Source of the DNA: Eledone cirrhosa
Lineage: Eukaryota
Length of the DNA stretch: 64,000 nt
NCBI GenBank assembly: GCA_964016885.1
Contig: OZ024743.1
Span: 311,488,001-311,552,000 of the forward strand
Direction of reading: 5' to 3'
Below, in pieces: positions 29,858 through 43,894 of this stretch (the stretch's first letter is position 1; each line of letters opens with the position of its first letter). The notes below the pieces were generated by a model, which did no database searches, had not been told where the DNA came from, and was given only the letters and a program-made list of their open reading frames with translations. A program made the translations under genes and the position numbers.

Positions 29858-30071
29858 CGAGGGTCGGCTGAAAAGTTCACATTCTGAAATGTTTATAGGC
29901 TGATCGGAATACTCTCATGGAATAACCAAATGAGGTATATTTTTCAACATAGTCCCTGGAAAGAAACAATGCAGTTATTAATAAGAAGTGTTGTCATTAA
30001 TACACACAAGATTTCACAGCTCTAGCATCACTCCTTCATAGTCAGTCTATAAACTTTTCAGCCTACCCTCG
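29858..30071. mobile_element. Tc1/mariner-type MITE; degenerate second copy at ~34870-35045
   Basis: Terminal inverted repeats cgagggtcggctgaaaagtt / aacttttcagcctaccctcg, with TA on both sides. Confidence 0.85.
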
Positions 30072-31736
30072 TATACTTTTAATTCAAGGCAGAGAATTGG
30101 CAGTCTTAAGAACATCGGATCAAATGCTTCCATATTTATTCCGGAGGTCTGATCCCAAATTCCACCGAGATCAACTTTGCCTTTCATCCATTCAGCGTTG
30201 ATAAAATAAAGTACTAGCACATGATGGCAGAGTTGTTAGAGAGTTGAGCAGGATGCTCTGTGGTATCTCTTTCGCTCCTATGGAGTCAACTGCCACCGCC
30301 TGCCATTCAAAAGAAGTGATACATTTGATAATGTTTCCCTAAATGCACTGCATCTGAAATAGTAAACAAACGTGATGCCGCGGTTGGAATGCCTTTATAT
30401 GCAAGCATGATCCGGGGACTCCCGAGGGAGTCGTAAGGGCACCGTATTGACATATGGCGTTTCTTAGGGCATTTTAAAACGTGGTGGGGTTCACCCCCCC
30501 CCCCCCCCCCCCCACAACACACACACACACACACACACAAACACACATCCCGCTCTGAAAAATAGCAGATTTCTTCCAGAGAAGTGAGAAAGAGATATAG
30601 AAGAAGAATTGATCCCAGTACTAGACTGGCACTTTTTTTATTCACCTCCAATGAAGGAAAGACAAAGTTGACCTTGGCAGGATTTGAACTCAAAGAGCAG
30701 GGAGCCGGAACGAATACTGCTAATTTGCTGCCTTGGAATGTCTTTAACCAGAGACTAAAAACAACTAACATTTAGCAAACTTATGATATATTTTATAGTA
30801 ACATGCTCATATTTGTTTCTTAAATTATAACGTCTTATTCCAATATTCAAAACATATACCAATTTCTATTGTCTCTCTCAGCTATAAAACACGAGTTATA
30901 TACTGTAGTCGATGAAATCAAATTATCTACCCCCGCCACCTTGTGCTGAAATTAGAAGCTTTATAATAGTTGTTGTTGCTAAGGCGGTGTATTGGTAAAA
31001 TTGTTAGAGCGCTGTACAAATGTTATCCGATATTTCTTCCGACTTTTTAGGTTCTCAGTTCAAATGGTGCTGAATTCAACTGGCAGTATGACGTGTTAAG
31101 GGGAAACTTTTACTTGGTTCCTTCTCTGACTAGAAATAGCAAGCGAATCTCCTTCAAATTACATCCTACCATCGATATATTAGATCATATTGCATTGCTT
31201 CTGAAAAAATAATTAAATGAGATGCCACGATTGTAACACCCTGGTCTAAATATAAACAACAACTGAAATTATGAGATTTCTATTAGCGAAGCTGTGTCAG
31301 CATAATTTGTGGAAATATGCTCGTAAATTTTGTTTTTTATAGCCGAGAACGTTATTAATTCTAATAATACTTTTTTTCTTACAATATGCCAAACACACCT
31401 GAAAGCCTTAAAGCTAATAATATATGTCGATATAGACCTTTTTTGTCGTTTGTTTCTGCATTTATTTACTGAAGTAGTTGTATACCTTCAGATTGATAAC
31501 ATTCTTTTTGTTCTATGCTGATGGGAATGAAAACCAAAATTGGAAGAATTGAATCTGCATTCTCAAAGTTAATATACAAGGTTTCCTTACATAATAAAAT
31601 CAGCAAAGAAATGATGGAAAAAATTAAAATCAATGACATTGATTGAAACATTCTTTCTCTAAATGATTGACCTGAACATTTTCAATGTTATAATCCGACA
31701 TATAAAGATAGTATCGTACTTTTAGCGGCTATTATT

Positions 31737-31888
31737 ATTACTGGTACTTTATTCTATCGACCCCGGAAGGATGAAAGGCGAGGTTAACTTTGCCTTTCAT
31801 CCTTCCGGGGTCGATAGAATAAAGTACCAATAATGCATTGGGTAATTGCTGGCCTTGTGCCAAAAGTAGAAACAATTATTATTATTAG
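31737..31888 (+). mobile_element. SINE 3' half with a fold-back 5' inversion
   Basis: 31737-31834 is a near-perfect palindrome centred on gttaac. The right arm continues into the normal SINE tail. Confidence 0.85.
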
Positions 31889-33604
31889 GTCCCTGAACGC
31901 CTTACGTCTTTCAGAAAAAGCCTTGGGATCCCCAACTTCAAAGTCAGCTCCCAAATTTCTACTATCACTAGCACTGCCAGAATTCTGCGTGATATATCAA
32001 ACCTCTGAGATAAAGGACTGCTCTGAGACCAATTTACGCTTCACTTAGCAACCGATTGCTACAGAAACCTTACCAAAAAAATTATTATTAGGGCGGGGAA
32101 AGTACCAGTAACGCACTGGGGTCGGTTTAATCAACTTTCCTCTCTCCCCCAAATTGTTGATCTTGTGCCTAAATCAGAAACCCTTATTAATGTTGTTATT
32201 GTTGCTAAAGGCAGAATCGTTAGAGCGTTGGACAAAATGCTTTCTGCTATTCGTTCAGACTCTTTAGGATATGAGTTTAAATCTTGCTGAGGCTAACTTT
32301 GCCTTTCAAATACTAAGGTCACGTTAATCGACGTATCCTTTCCCCGAAATTACTAACTTTGTGCCCTAATTAAAAACCATTATCATTTGAGGGCTGCAAG
32401 TTGGGCTCATCACCTCTCCAGGTCTGAATAAAGCAGATTTCCCCCAGAGAAGGATAGAGAATGGGAGAATGGAAGTGGGAAAGATATATAGAGGAAGAAT
32501 CGACTCAAGTACTAAACGGGTGCTTTTTTATCGACCTTGAATGGAGGAAAGGAAAAGTTGACTTCGGCAGGATTTGAACTCACAGAACAGGGAGCCGGAA
32601 TGAATACCACAAATCATTCTATCCGACGTTCTAACGACTATTCGCTGTCTTGTTATAGTGATAATAACAAACAAAAGACAGAAATATTTATACTTCGAGG
32701 AGAATTATCCGTCATATCATTTTGTGTTTGTTTGTATATTATGTTTATAACAAAATACTTGAAAAATTGAACTTTTCTCGTGGACCCCCAGTACTATATT
32801 TGCGGAGCCCCGGGGAGTCTGTATACCCTCGGATTGGGAACCGCTGGGTTAGAGAAATGGAAGGAAAGAAGAAAGAATGAATAAATGGAAAGATTATTAA
32901 AGATGACATCGTGTAAGAAGCAAGAGGACACAGAAACACAAACACCTGTAGATTGATAGGTGACTGACTACTGACAATGAAATTATTCTCACCTGCTTAA
33001 TCCTACGTTTCACTCCTTTCCCACCAAATAGTAAATAAATAAATAAATATATAGATTCATGTAAATAATCAAAAGGAGTACTAATTGTATATATTATCAA
33101 CAGACTGCGAAAACGACAACTCTAAAAACCACCCACCGCAGCACGCTACACTATACTATATACCACCAAGAGAAACTACAAACAGGGCCGACGGCTGAGT
33201 ATTTAACGCCTTAGGCTAGCTCTACAGTCAATGCCTGCTTCTTCTAGTTATGCGTTTCATTTTCCCAAATAAATTAATTTCAAATTAAACATATATTCTA
33301 TTTCAATTAATTAATGAAAAATGTTGAGGAATTTATGAAAATTATTAATTATTTAGTTAAATAACGTAGCCTGATCGACTGCTTCCTCTTTGTACCAGTC
33401 TCCGTCGTTGGGATCTCTGCTGTCTTTGGTCCCCGCACTGCTGATTTTCTTTATAAAATCGGAAAGACCACGGTCCGATTGAGGGAGGAGTCCCCTGATG
33501 TGGGGTGGTTGTTGCAGCGGGTGTCTCTGACCATTCTTCGCGCTAATACCTTTGCTATTTTGTCCACCATTAGGAAATTCAGTACCTGGGAACCATCATA
33601 GATC

Positions 33605-34305
33605 AAACAGTGAATGGTAATAACGAGGTCAGAACTCGGCTGAGAACAACAACATCTGCATGGACGTCCCTCAACATCCTGTGGAAAGACTGCGTTCTCA
33701 ATAAGATCATAAAATTACGGCTTGTGAAGACCCTAGTGTGGCCGTTCGCCCTATATGTTTGAGAAGCTTGAACGCTAAAAAACACCAATGTTAACAAGCT
33801 GGTGTGATTTGAGACGTTACAGGAGGGCACTGCACGTCAGATGGATGGACCACAAAACAAGCAAGTAAGTCAATGATGAGATGAGAACAGATAGACAGTT
33901 GGTAATGACCATAAGGAAGCGAAAGATCAAATACTTAGACCATGTCATCAGGGCTAACAACCTCTGCAATTGCATGCTAGGGGGACACATTAATGGCAGA
34001 AGATTGGGAGGAAGACAAAGGAGATGCTGGGATAAGATAGGGAGAACGCTGGTGGAGTGCATAGTCATGACAAGTGAAGGGATCTAGTGGGTGGCATTGG
34101 TACAATTATCCATGGTACCCAACCCTCAGTAATGAGAATGGGGCCGTGGTTAAGGAGAGGTGTCAATGGGGAGCATTGATATAATTGCCCATGGTCTGTC
34201 CCCGACTTTCAGTGATGAAGATGGGTTCGTAGTTAGGTGAGGTCCGAGTGGGAAGCATTGGTATAATTGTCCATGGTCTGTCCCCAACCCTCAGTGATGA
34301 GTATG
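33605..34305 (+). pseudogene. Degenerate 3' fragment of an RTE-type LINE, followed by ~65-bp tandem repeats
   Basis: EVRTRL...W.SLNILWKD...KLRLVKTLVWPFALY..EA*TL...IRKRKIKYLDHVIR...G.INGRRLGGRQRRCW. The motif aatt.(t/c)ccatggt recurs at ~34104, 34182 and 34263. Confidence 0.8.
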
Positions 34306-34748
34306 AGAAATGAAGATAAAGAGAATGCACAAGAATTAAAAAGTTCACTTGCCCAGTTGGCTATAATGGTAGCGCCGAAACTGAACTAACTGTATTATAA
34401 TACCACCAACAGAATAAATACATTAATACAAACAACACTTATATCAATAATATTCAACGTGATGATTTTTGTTTTGGGGGGCTACCGCGTAGATTAAGGC
34501 GAATAATACAAGTGTTAATACGATCTAGCGGTGTATTGGATAGCGTCAAAGGAAGAGGTTAAGCCGCTACTTGACTGCGACGTGTTTTTTCATGAGAGGA
34601 ACAACTTCCCCATTTTGTAGAACATCATTATGACTAAGGTTCTGCTTCGTTAAAGGTGAAAGCTGAATCATGTATGTGTGCGGGCGCCCGCACGCACGCA
34701 CCACATACATGTATGTAAATGTGTGTATGTATATATAATATAATATAA

Positions 34749-34843
<95 letters not shown>

Positions 34844-35065
34844 ATTTCCGTATGTATATGTATACACATATGTGGGTCGACTGAAAACTTCATAGGATGA
34901 CCAAATGAGGTTTATTTTTTAACATAGTCCCTGGAAAGAAACAATGCAGTTATTAATAAGAAGAGTAATAATTAATGCATACAAGATTTCACAGTTCTAG
35001 CATCACTTTCATAGTCAGCTACAAACTTTTCACCCTACACTTGTATACATATTTGTGTGTGTGTT

Positions 35066-35129
<64 letters not shown>

Positions 35130-35353
35130 TATATATAATTATAAATTATACATTGGGAGGGTCATGCTGCCAACAAAAACACACGCACATGTTGGTTTTC
35201 ACTTCAATTTATAATAAATTTTCGGTTGGTTGGTTAGATTACGGGATGATTGTTTATATATTGTCAAAGCTCTTTCGACACACATTCTGTGACCTCCTCA
35301 GTAACTAGGTTCTTTTTATTTTGTGTCTCTCCTTTGTTCTGTCCTACACCATC

Positions 35354-35399
<46 letters not shown>

Positions 35400-37790
35400 T
35401 GTGTGTTTGATATAAATATACTCACTCATGCTAATTTCAAAATTAATTCTTACACATTCATAACACTATTTTATTTACGAGCACAAACCAAAGCAAAATT
35501 ACAAAAATCCATTTAATGGTAAAAAAGCAAAATAAATAAATGTTCTTAACTGCTGGTAGAGTTTTAGGAACGCCGTCCTAGCACACGGTATGTCTTGAGC
35601 ATTTTAAAGTTGGCGAAACCCATCCCTTTCTAGATTGGAACATAGCAGATTTCTTCCAGAGAAAGATGTGAAAGTGATAAAGAGTTGGTCCCAGTACGGA
35701 GTCGGTAAAATAAAGTACTAGTAATGATCTGTGATCGATTTAACCGACTTTCCCCCTCCCCTAAAATCGTTGGCCTTGAATCTTAATCAGAAATCATTAT
35801 TATTATGATATTGAGGGCGGTAGTTTGGTAGTATTAGTAGAATGTCGTCAAAACCTTTTGTGGTGTGTAGTTACGACTTTTTACGTTCTAAGTTCAAATC
35901 ACACTGATGTTAACTTTGCCTTTCATCCTTGCGGGGTTGATAAAATAAACTACCAGCAATGTACTGGGGTCGATTGCACTACGTTCTAAGTTCAAATCTC
36001 AGAGAGGTCAATTTGCCTTTCATTCCTTTCGAGATCGAGAGAACAAAGTAGCAGTCAAGTTGATATAATCGACCTACCCCTCCCCTCAAATTGCTGGCCT
36101 TTTACCAATTATTATATTGTTATAATGGAATTAAGTCGGCAGTGTCGTTAGAACCTCCGATAGAAAACTTTACGGTATTCACTCCAGCACTCTACTCTCT
36201 GAGTTCAAATCTCTCCGAGGTCATCCTTTCGAGGTCGATAACAAAACTACCAGTCCTGTGGTCGATTCTTCCTCTATAATCTCTTTCTCCATTAGTGGTA
36301 TTATGAATTTTTTGAATATGTCTGATATGGGGGACATGAAACTATTTAGCAACCAATGTTTCGCAGAAAATCAGAGACTTTGGTAAGGAGGTTGAGATAA
36401 TGAAAAGGGGGGAGTAAAGAGAAGAAGAGAGAGATTGGGTAGAGATAGCGGGAGATAAACAGACTGATAGACCGCGAAAAAGAGATAGATTGAGAAAAAT
36501 AGTGAGATAAAGAGAGAGAGATTAAAAAAGAGACAGACAGACAGGCAAATAATGAGACAGACGAACGGACAGGCAGACAGACGGACTGACAGAGAAAGAG
36601 ATAAGGAGAAAGAAAGACATGCAGAAAGCAACAGACAAACAGACATCAGACAAAGAAAGAGGGAAGGTTGGGAGAGGCAGGCAGACAGATTGACGGAGGA
36701 GAAAGAGATAATGTATGGGTGTGAGAGAGCGAGAGAGAAAGCGAGGAAGAGAGAGAAAGAGGGAAAGGGTGAGAGTGAGGAAGAGAGAGAGAGTGGGGAA
36801 GAGAAAGAGAGAGAGAGAGGAAGAGAGAAAGAGAGAGAGAGTGAGAGTGGCTGCCACAATCTAAGTAATCTCTCTGCTGTAGGTGTTGTCAGTAAACAAC
36901 AGTTGACTTGCTGAAGAAGCTATTGTGAAATGCAGGTGTTTGTGTGTTTGTGTTGGTGTGTGTAGAATTTAACTGTCGATCTATTTGCCTGTGATCGTCG
37001 GCCGACTTTATTTCAAAGGATAAGAGAGTGATTGAAAGGGGTAAAAAGAAAAACGATTGACTGATGGATGAAAGCGTGAGAATTTCTTGGTGACAATCTT
37101 CCCACCTAATCGATAGCATATTTATTTATGTTTAGCCCCCATGAGTCTGGCTGGCTCCTTCAGCCAACGCATCGCTTTCACTAGCCATAGCGATGAAAAC
37201 ACCTGGAAGTCTATGTCCCCCCCCCCCCCTACTTACTGCGATCGGAATAGAAATGACCATCCGATAGAATAAGTCTTGCAAGTTGGACTGATTATTTCAG
37301 GGTAACTCATTCATTCTGTTCACTGAGATGATTATAAAGTAACATCTATCCGTACAGTCTTGAATGTCATATTATTATATCAGTCACATGCAACTTGAGG
37401 CCCGTTTGTCTTCTTCTTCTTCTTCCAGGGGTCAACTAAGTGCGAATGGCTAAACTACATTTCTCTCATATTTCATACAAGACGTCACAGTCAATGGCGC
37501 GTGTGCTTTATATATTGACTTCTTCACCCACTTATTCCTTGGAGGATCGTGGGGCCAGAGTCCTTAAGCACGCCTTCCAGAAGCAACCACTTCCAATTGA
37601 TCAGGCTGAATGCCCAAGCAAGACCAGTGAAGTTCATGGATGATATCCAACCATCTTTCTCTAGGTATTCTGCCGGTTGGTTTTGCTCGTAAAATCTGCC
37701 GAGCAATTCTTTCCTAAGATAGATTATAAATAAAATGAATTATTTATACCTACATCTGGCCGTTGCATTTATCATTATTGTATATATATT

Positions 37791-37828
<38 letters not shown>

Positions 37829-37956
37829 TTTTATTTGTACTTTTAAAAAATTTCCTTTACTCTCTAAAAAAAATTGTCCCCCCCCCCCCGCTTTTTTTAA
37901 TGCCTTTCCACCAGTCCCCCACGCACCCTCGGAACTCTCTTCCTACCCACTGTTCT

Positions 37957-37986
37957 CCTGATTAAGGGCTTATGCCCGAAACGTCG
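37957..37986 (+). ncRNA. Degenerate minimal hammerhead (CTGATTA core); a similar relic lies on the minus strand at ~25486-25515
   Basis: c-CTGATTA-a gggc ttat gccc-GAA-ACGT-C-g. Confidence 0.45.
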
Positions 37987-38082
37987 TCCCCCACCCCCCA
38001 CTCTCAAGCGTGAAACTAAAAACAATATCATTTGTACTGCCCCTCTGTTTTTTGTTCTCTGTGCATTTATTAAAATATATAT

Positions 38083-38114
<32 letters not shown>

Positions 38115-38322
38115 CATTTTGTTTGACCCGTTTAGCTTGTTCGCTTTTTTGGCTATGGTGGTTAATGGCTTCTTAACCATCGTCTCAGCGTGTATGACCA
38201 TTTTAACTTATGTTTATAACTCTGGTATCTTCTTCACATCCATGGAGCGTTTGTCTGCACAATATGGAAGTTGCGTTTCGCTAATTTCTACCCGCCGAAA
38301 TGCAATTCTCGCTAAATTTATA

Positions 38323-38672
<350 letters not shown>

Positions 38673-39233
38673 TGTACATATATATATAATTCTCTACCCA
38701 CACGAAATCGTTCTTCTCACTATTTAACGTATTAGTGTGCACTTTGTCTTTATTTTGGGTTGGTATCTTAAGGATTCTAGCTTAGTTAAAGATACTAGCT
38801 TAGTTAAAACATCGAGTGTGTGGGAAAACGATCGAAAATTTTTCGCTTACACACATATATATATATATACACACACACACTTCGTTTTTGTATTTGATTT
38901 GCAAGATTCTTCATATGAAATCGTGTGTTGAAACAGACATTGATATACTTTGAGTGTCATGCTGACAATTAAATATACACATACACCAGTTGAGTTACAT
39001 TTCAGTATATTATTAGTTGAGTAACTAATCCATCCATTGGTTAGTTTATTAACCGGGTGGTTATTTAAATGTTAATTCTCAAAGCTCTTTTGTCACACAT
39101 TCTGTGACATTCTTAATGACTAATCTTGCTCCTCTGTGTCTCCTCTTTGTGTTGATCTTTTTCTATCTTACTCCACCATGTCTTTTTTCTACACAGACAC
39201 ACACACACACACATACACACATACACACACACA

Positions 39234-39311
<78 letters not shown>

Positions 39312-40014
39312 TGGGGTTGTATTATGGAGCAAACTTGGCATAAATATCCAAGGGTTTAGAACACTCACTTCATGAGACGAGTTATGTATAATCACTTACC
39401 AATTTGCCAACTTATAAAAAAAATAAACATATCCACTGTGCAAAATATATCTGAAGATTCGATCCTACGGTTACTAGAACTGTATGTTTTTTCTTTAAGC
39501 TATCACAGCTATATTTTCTTATATATAATTAATTTATATCTCATATCTTTCTTAGATATAAAGATTAAAATGAAAAGCTATAGACACCTACTTTAATGTT
39601 GAAAAACTAATATCTTAGTTGGCTATACAAAAGAACTAAGGACTGTTTATGTGTTTGTATATTATAAATATTATTGAATATTTTATTCATTAATACGTTA
39701 TGAATATTTATAATATATGTAATATAGAAATCATATTGATTATAAGTGTAACAGAATATATAATCAGCTCAATAGATTTCCCATGGTATAGAAATTACTT
39801 ATTTCATCAATCTCAGATTAATAACAGTTTATTGCCCACGACTCTCCAGAATTTGAACTCAGAATGTGCTGGCGATATTAATTTTTCCAATATTAAACTT
39901 TCCAGTTACTTATAATAATCATTGGTTGAGTATACTTCTATACTATTCTACTCCATACCTTAATAAATGTTACCATCTCTATATTACATACTACCACATA
40001 ATACATTAATAAGT

Positions 40015-40556
40015 CAGTGATTCCCAACATGGGGCGCATACCACCCAAGGGGGGGAATTTGAATATTTAAGGGGTCATTTGAAAATGATGTTAATGAAAA
40101 CAAACTTAAGGTTTTACTTTATTACATTTACACCAAAGCAACTTTGGTACACATTACTGTCAGAACTCCTGTCTCACCTCCTCTTTCACATGTTATTGTG
40201 TATCTGGCACCACCAATATGGTACATATTACTGTCAGAAACGCCTGTTCCACTTCCCCTTCCACATGTTATTGTGTATCTGATACCACCAATATATACAT
40301 ATTACTGTCAGAACCTCCTGTATCACCTCCTCCGCCACATGTTACTGTACATCTGACACCACCTATCTGGAACACATTACTGTTAGAAACTCCTGTCTCA
40401 CTTGCTTCACACATGTTATTGTACATCTGGTACCACATAAACACCAATTTGTTTACACTTTACAGTTGATCATTGGTGTTTTCATATCAAAGAGAGGTGG
40501 AGCATAACAATATTTTTAGATGTTGGGCAGGGTACACAAATGGTTGGGAACCACTG
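40015..40556. mobile_element. hAT/Charlie-like MITE with internal ~75-bp tandem repeats
   Basis: Terminal inverted repeats cagtgattcccaac / gttgggaaccactg. Four internal acattactgt.agaa units. No target-site duplication evident. Confidence 0.7.
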
Positions 40557-40856
40557 CCATTCATCTACTATAGCTCACGAATAATGGCACGTGTACGGCT
40601 TTGTTATTTAAATCTATATCTTGGAGCTCTTTTAACGGTATCTTAAAGACTCGTTTAAGCGTCCAAAGATTAGGTCACAGTTTTGATCTTTCTTACAATC
40701 TGGTCATATGGTCAATATTGGGCCTTGAAACATTAGGTACAGCTTATGTTCAATGAATGAAAATAAATAAATAATATGATATATCAGATCTCTTCCCGAT
40801 TGAGCACTGTTTTCCTTTTCCTTTTTCATACCAACAGATATTATATATATATATAT

Positions 40857-41044
40857 AATTGTTTCTACTTTAGGCACAAGGCCAGCAATTACCCAGTACA
40901 TTACTGGTACTTTATTTTATCGACCCCGTAAGGATGAAAGGCAAAGTTAACCTCGACGGGATTTGAACTCAGACTGTAAAAGGACGTAACTGTGCTAGAA
41001 AGCATGGCGTCCAACCCTCTACCGATACTACCAATTTACCGCCG
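40857..41044 (-). mobile_element. tRNA-type SINE
   Basis: Near-identical to 6523-6705. Confidence 0.9.
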
Positions 41045-41184
41045 TTATATATATATCTATAATGCGCTGAAATATATGTGACCCGTAGTAGACAACTGAC
41101 GAAGGGAAACTGTCTATCTCTTGTGTGTGTCGCCTTAACTCGTTATCAGTAACCACACAGCCTCATCTACCTCAATCCCCCCCC

Positions 41185-41277
<93 letters not shown>

Positions 41278-41278
<1 letters not shown>

Positions 41279-41632
41279 GGCGCATGGCTTAGTGGTTAGA
41301 GCAGTAGGCTTGCAATCGAAAGGTTGTGAGTTCAATTCTCGGACCGGGTCATGTGTTGTTTCCTTGAGCAAAACACTTTATTTCACGTTGCTCCAGTTTA
41401 CTCAGCTGAAAATGAGTACCAGCAATAGCTGGGGGTTTAACCTTGCGATGGACTGGCGTCCTGGGGGGAGTCTTGTACTCTCAGTCGCTTCACGCCATGA
41501 AACTGGCTTAAGACAGACTTTAGACTTACGGCCTGCCCGCCCAGCCAGTGGGATGGCGTCATCATATGGCTAAAACAGCACGTGCTGTGACCAGCGACGC
41601 CGAATGGCGCCCGACAGACTGGTCCGTCAAGG
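41278..41632 (+). mobile_element. tRNA-derived SINE with a CORE-like central motif
   Basis: A box TGGCTTAGTGG and B box GAGTTCAATTC, then tccttgagcaaaacactt. Confidence 0.8.
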
Positions 41633-41729
41633 TGGATATATATATATATATAACGAAGGAAATGTGGTAAGGAACCAGGTGGACCATAACGCACCGAAGT
41701 ACTCAATACTTAGGGTAGTAGAGTGGGTA

Positions 41730-41859
41730 ATAGGAACAAGTAAGACCCCGACGGCTGAGCTCAAGCCGTTTCGACGGCTAATTCTGTACTGGAATTACAG
41801 TACAGAATTAGCCGTCGAAACGGCTTGAGCTCAGCCGTCGGGGTCTTACTTGTTCCTAT
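41730..41859. repeat. Perfect palindrome with 62-bp arms and a 6-nt loop
   Basis: 41730-41791 is the exact reverse complement of 41798-41859. Confidence 0.95.
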
Positions 41860-41958
41860 ATATATAGATATATATATATATAGAGAGAGAGAGAGATGTG
41901 TGTGTGTTTCAGTACACGTTTTCAGATAAGAAATCTTGCAAATAAATTCAAAACGAAG

Positions 41959-42063
<105 letters not shown>

Positions 42064-42191
42064 TGTGTGGTGTGTGTGTGTGCGTGTGTGTGTATGCAGA
42101 GAGACAGAGAGGGGGAGATGCACATATATATGATTATATACATATATACAGGACTGTATTAACTTATGGTCGTGCCCAGGGCCAGCGCTAT

Positions 42192-42222
<31 letters not shown>

Positions 42223-42418
42223 ACTGATTTCTCCAAATCAACAACAATTTTAATAAAATAAATAAATAAATTTCTTTGTATGATTTATTTCATACAGGGA
42301 GGAATAATGTGGTAGATTCAATCAGACAAGAATAAGCAAAATCAGTGAGTGAAAATCGCTTGAATACGAAACTTTCAGGACGCAATCACGCTCCTCACGA
42401 GTTTTGCCAACAAAATAT

Positions 42419-42668
42419 TTTGGATGGTTTCCCTAATGTTGCTATTGCATTGATTATCCTTTCCACACTTCCAGTATCAGTGGTAAATGGCGAGAGTAGT
42501 TTTTCAAAGCACAAACTTATATAATCTTACAGTCACTCTACAATGTTGCAAGAGAAACTAGTTGGTTTGGCAACTATATCAATTGAACATGTGCAGGCAT
42601 CAACACTTGGTTTAGCTGAATTGGTTTAAAAATTTGCCGAGAAAAAGGCACACAAAATGAGATTCTGA
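42419..42668 (+). pseudogene. hAT transposase C-terminal dimerisation domain remnant
   Basis: LDGFPNVAIALIILSTLPVSVVNGESSFSKHKLI*SYSHSTMLQEKLVGLATISIEH...KFAEKKAHKMRF*. Confidence 0.88.
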
Positions 42669-43894
42669 ATTGTCATTCTGTCTGCATTTATCCCTCAACA
42701 AAATTTGGTTTCAGATGTATTAGCAAGGGCGGTGGAAACATTTCTAAATTGAGGGAGGGGGATTTGGACTATTTAGTTGTAGTGATCAGTTTAGCACTTT
42801 ACACTCTAAAATGGTCAGAAAACTTCGATATGCGATAAACATGGCATATGCATAAATTGTAGCGCATATCCAAATCAATGTGCGTTTTGGTAGTTTGTGG
42901 AAAAATATAATTCATTAATTGTGGCTATTGGTGAGCTACTTCGGTATTGAATTTTCATTCTTACGTCTGTCGATAATTCACGTACTCACAGGTCTTAAAT
43001 AATCCTCCACACTCAGGTTTCTATTCCACCCCCACCTCACCCCCACGCGCTTATTAATTTTTGCTAATCTATCTCCGGCGAAATTTTATTGTGATTCATA
43101 TTGATATAGCAGCTGGTGAATCTAATAATAATTTTAATTGATATTAAAAAGACATATATTACAAAAGAAGAACATTACAAGAAATCCCATATTCACGAAC
43201 GTACACTATACAATTATTCATTCCCCCCCCCCTCCTATTATTTGGGACTTGAGAGTGCCACCAAACTCTCCTCCTCTCTATGTCTATCACACAAAACTCT
43301 ATATTTACTAATTCCAAACTCCCTGTATTTACTAATTCCAAACTCTACCCCTCTCTATATCTAGCACGACACCACCTCTCTTATCCCACGCTCTATATCT
43401 AAGACTAATACACTTTCTCGTTCTCTATAAATACCTACACTTATCTCTCCCAATCCTCCCTCTGTATATCAATCACCCCTAAACTCCCACCCTCTCTATA
43501 TCTACTACATGACACTCTTCCATTATCCCTCTCTGTATATCTACAACCCCCCAAATTCTCCCCCTCTCTATATCTACTACACGGTACTCTCTTACGATCC
43601 CCCTCTCTATCCCAATTAACACCAAACTCTTCCCCTCTCTATATCTACTACACGGAACACCCTTCCAATACCCCTTTCTATATCAATTACCACTTGATAT
43701 AGACGTGAATTACTTCGCACCAGATTTTTACGGATTATTGTCAAAAAAACTGTGAGTTCATTGCTTAATTTAATAGCATTGTTTAGTTTAACCCCTTGCC
43801 TGGGCCGTCAGACGTTGAGTCAACTAATTTTCGCCCTTTTCTGGGGCGAAATTTTCATTTTCATCTCAAAACTGTGTAGACTTGGTATCAGCAA

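Noticed and set aside
31486-31671. Minus-strand 186-bp AG/GT-bounded open exon candidate with a signal-peptide-like stretch
   Set aside because: No partner exons were found, and the opposite strand resembles decayed Pao polyprotein. It cannot be excluded without RNA-seq.
40130-40440. Regular ~75-bp repeats resembling a CRISPR array (also 43.3-43.7 kb)
   Set aside because: Whole units are homologous with no unique spacers, there are no cas genes, and the context is eukaryotic.
41278-41352. tRNA gene candidate
   Set aside because: It has no clean acceptor stem or poly-T terminator and continues into a SINE body.
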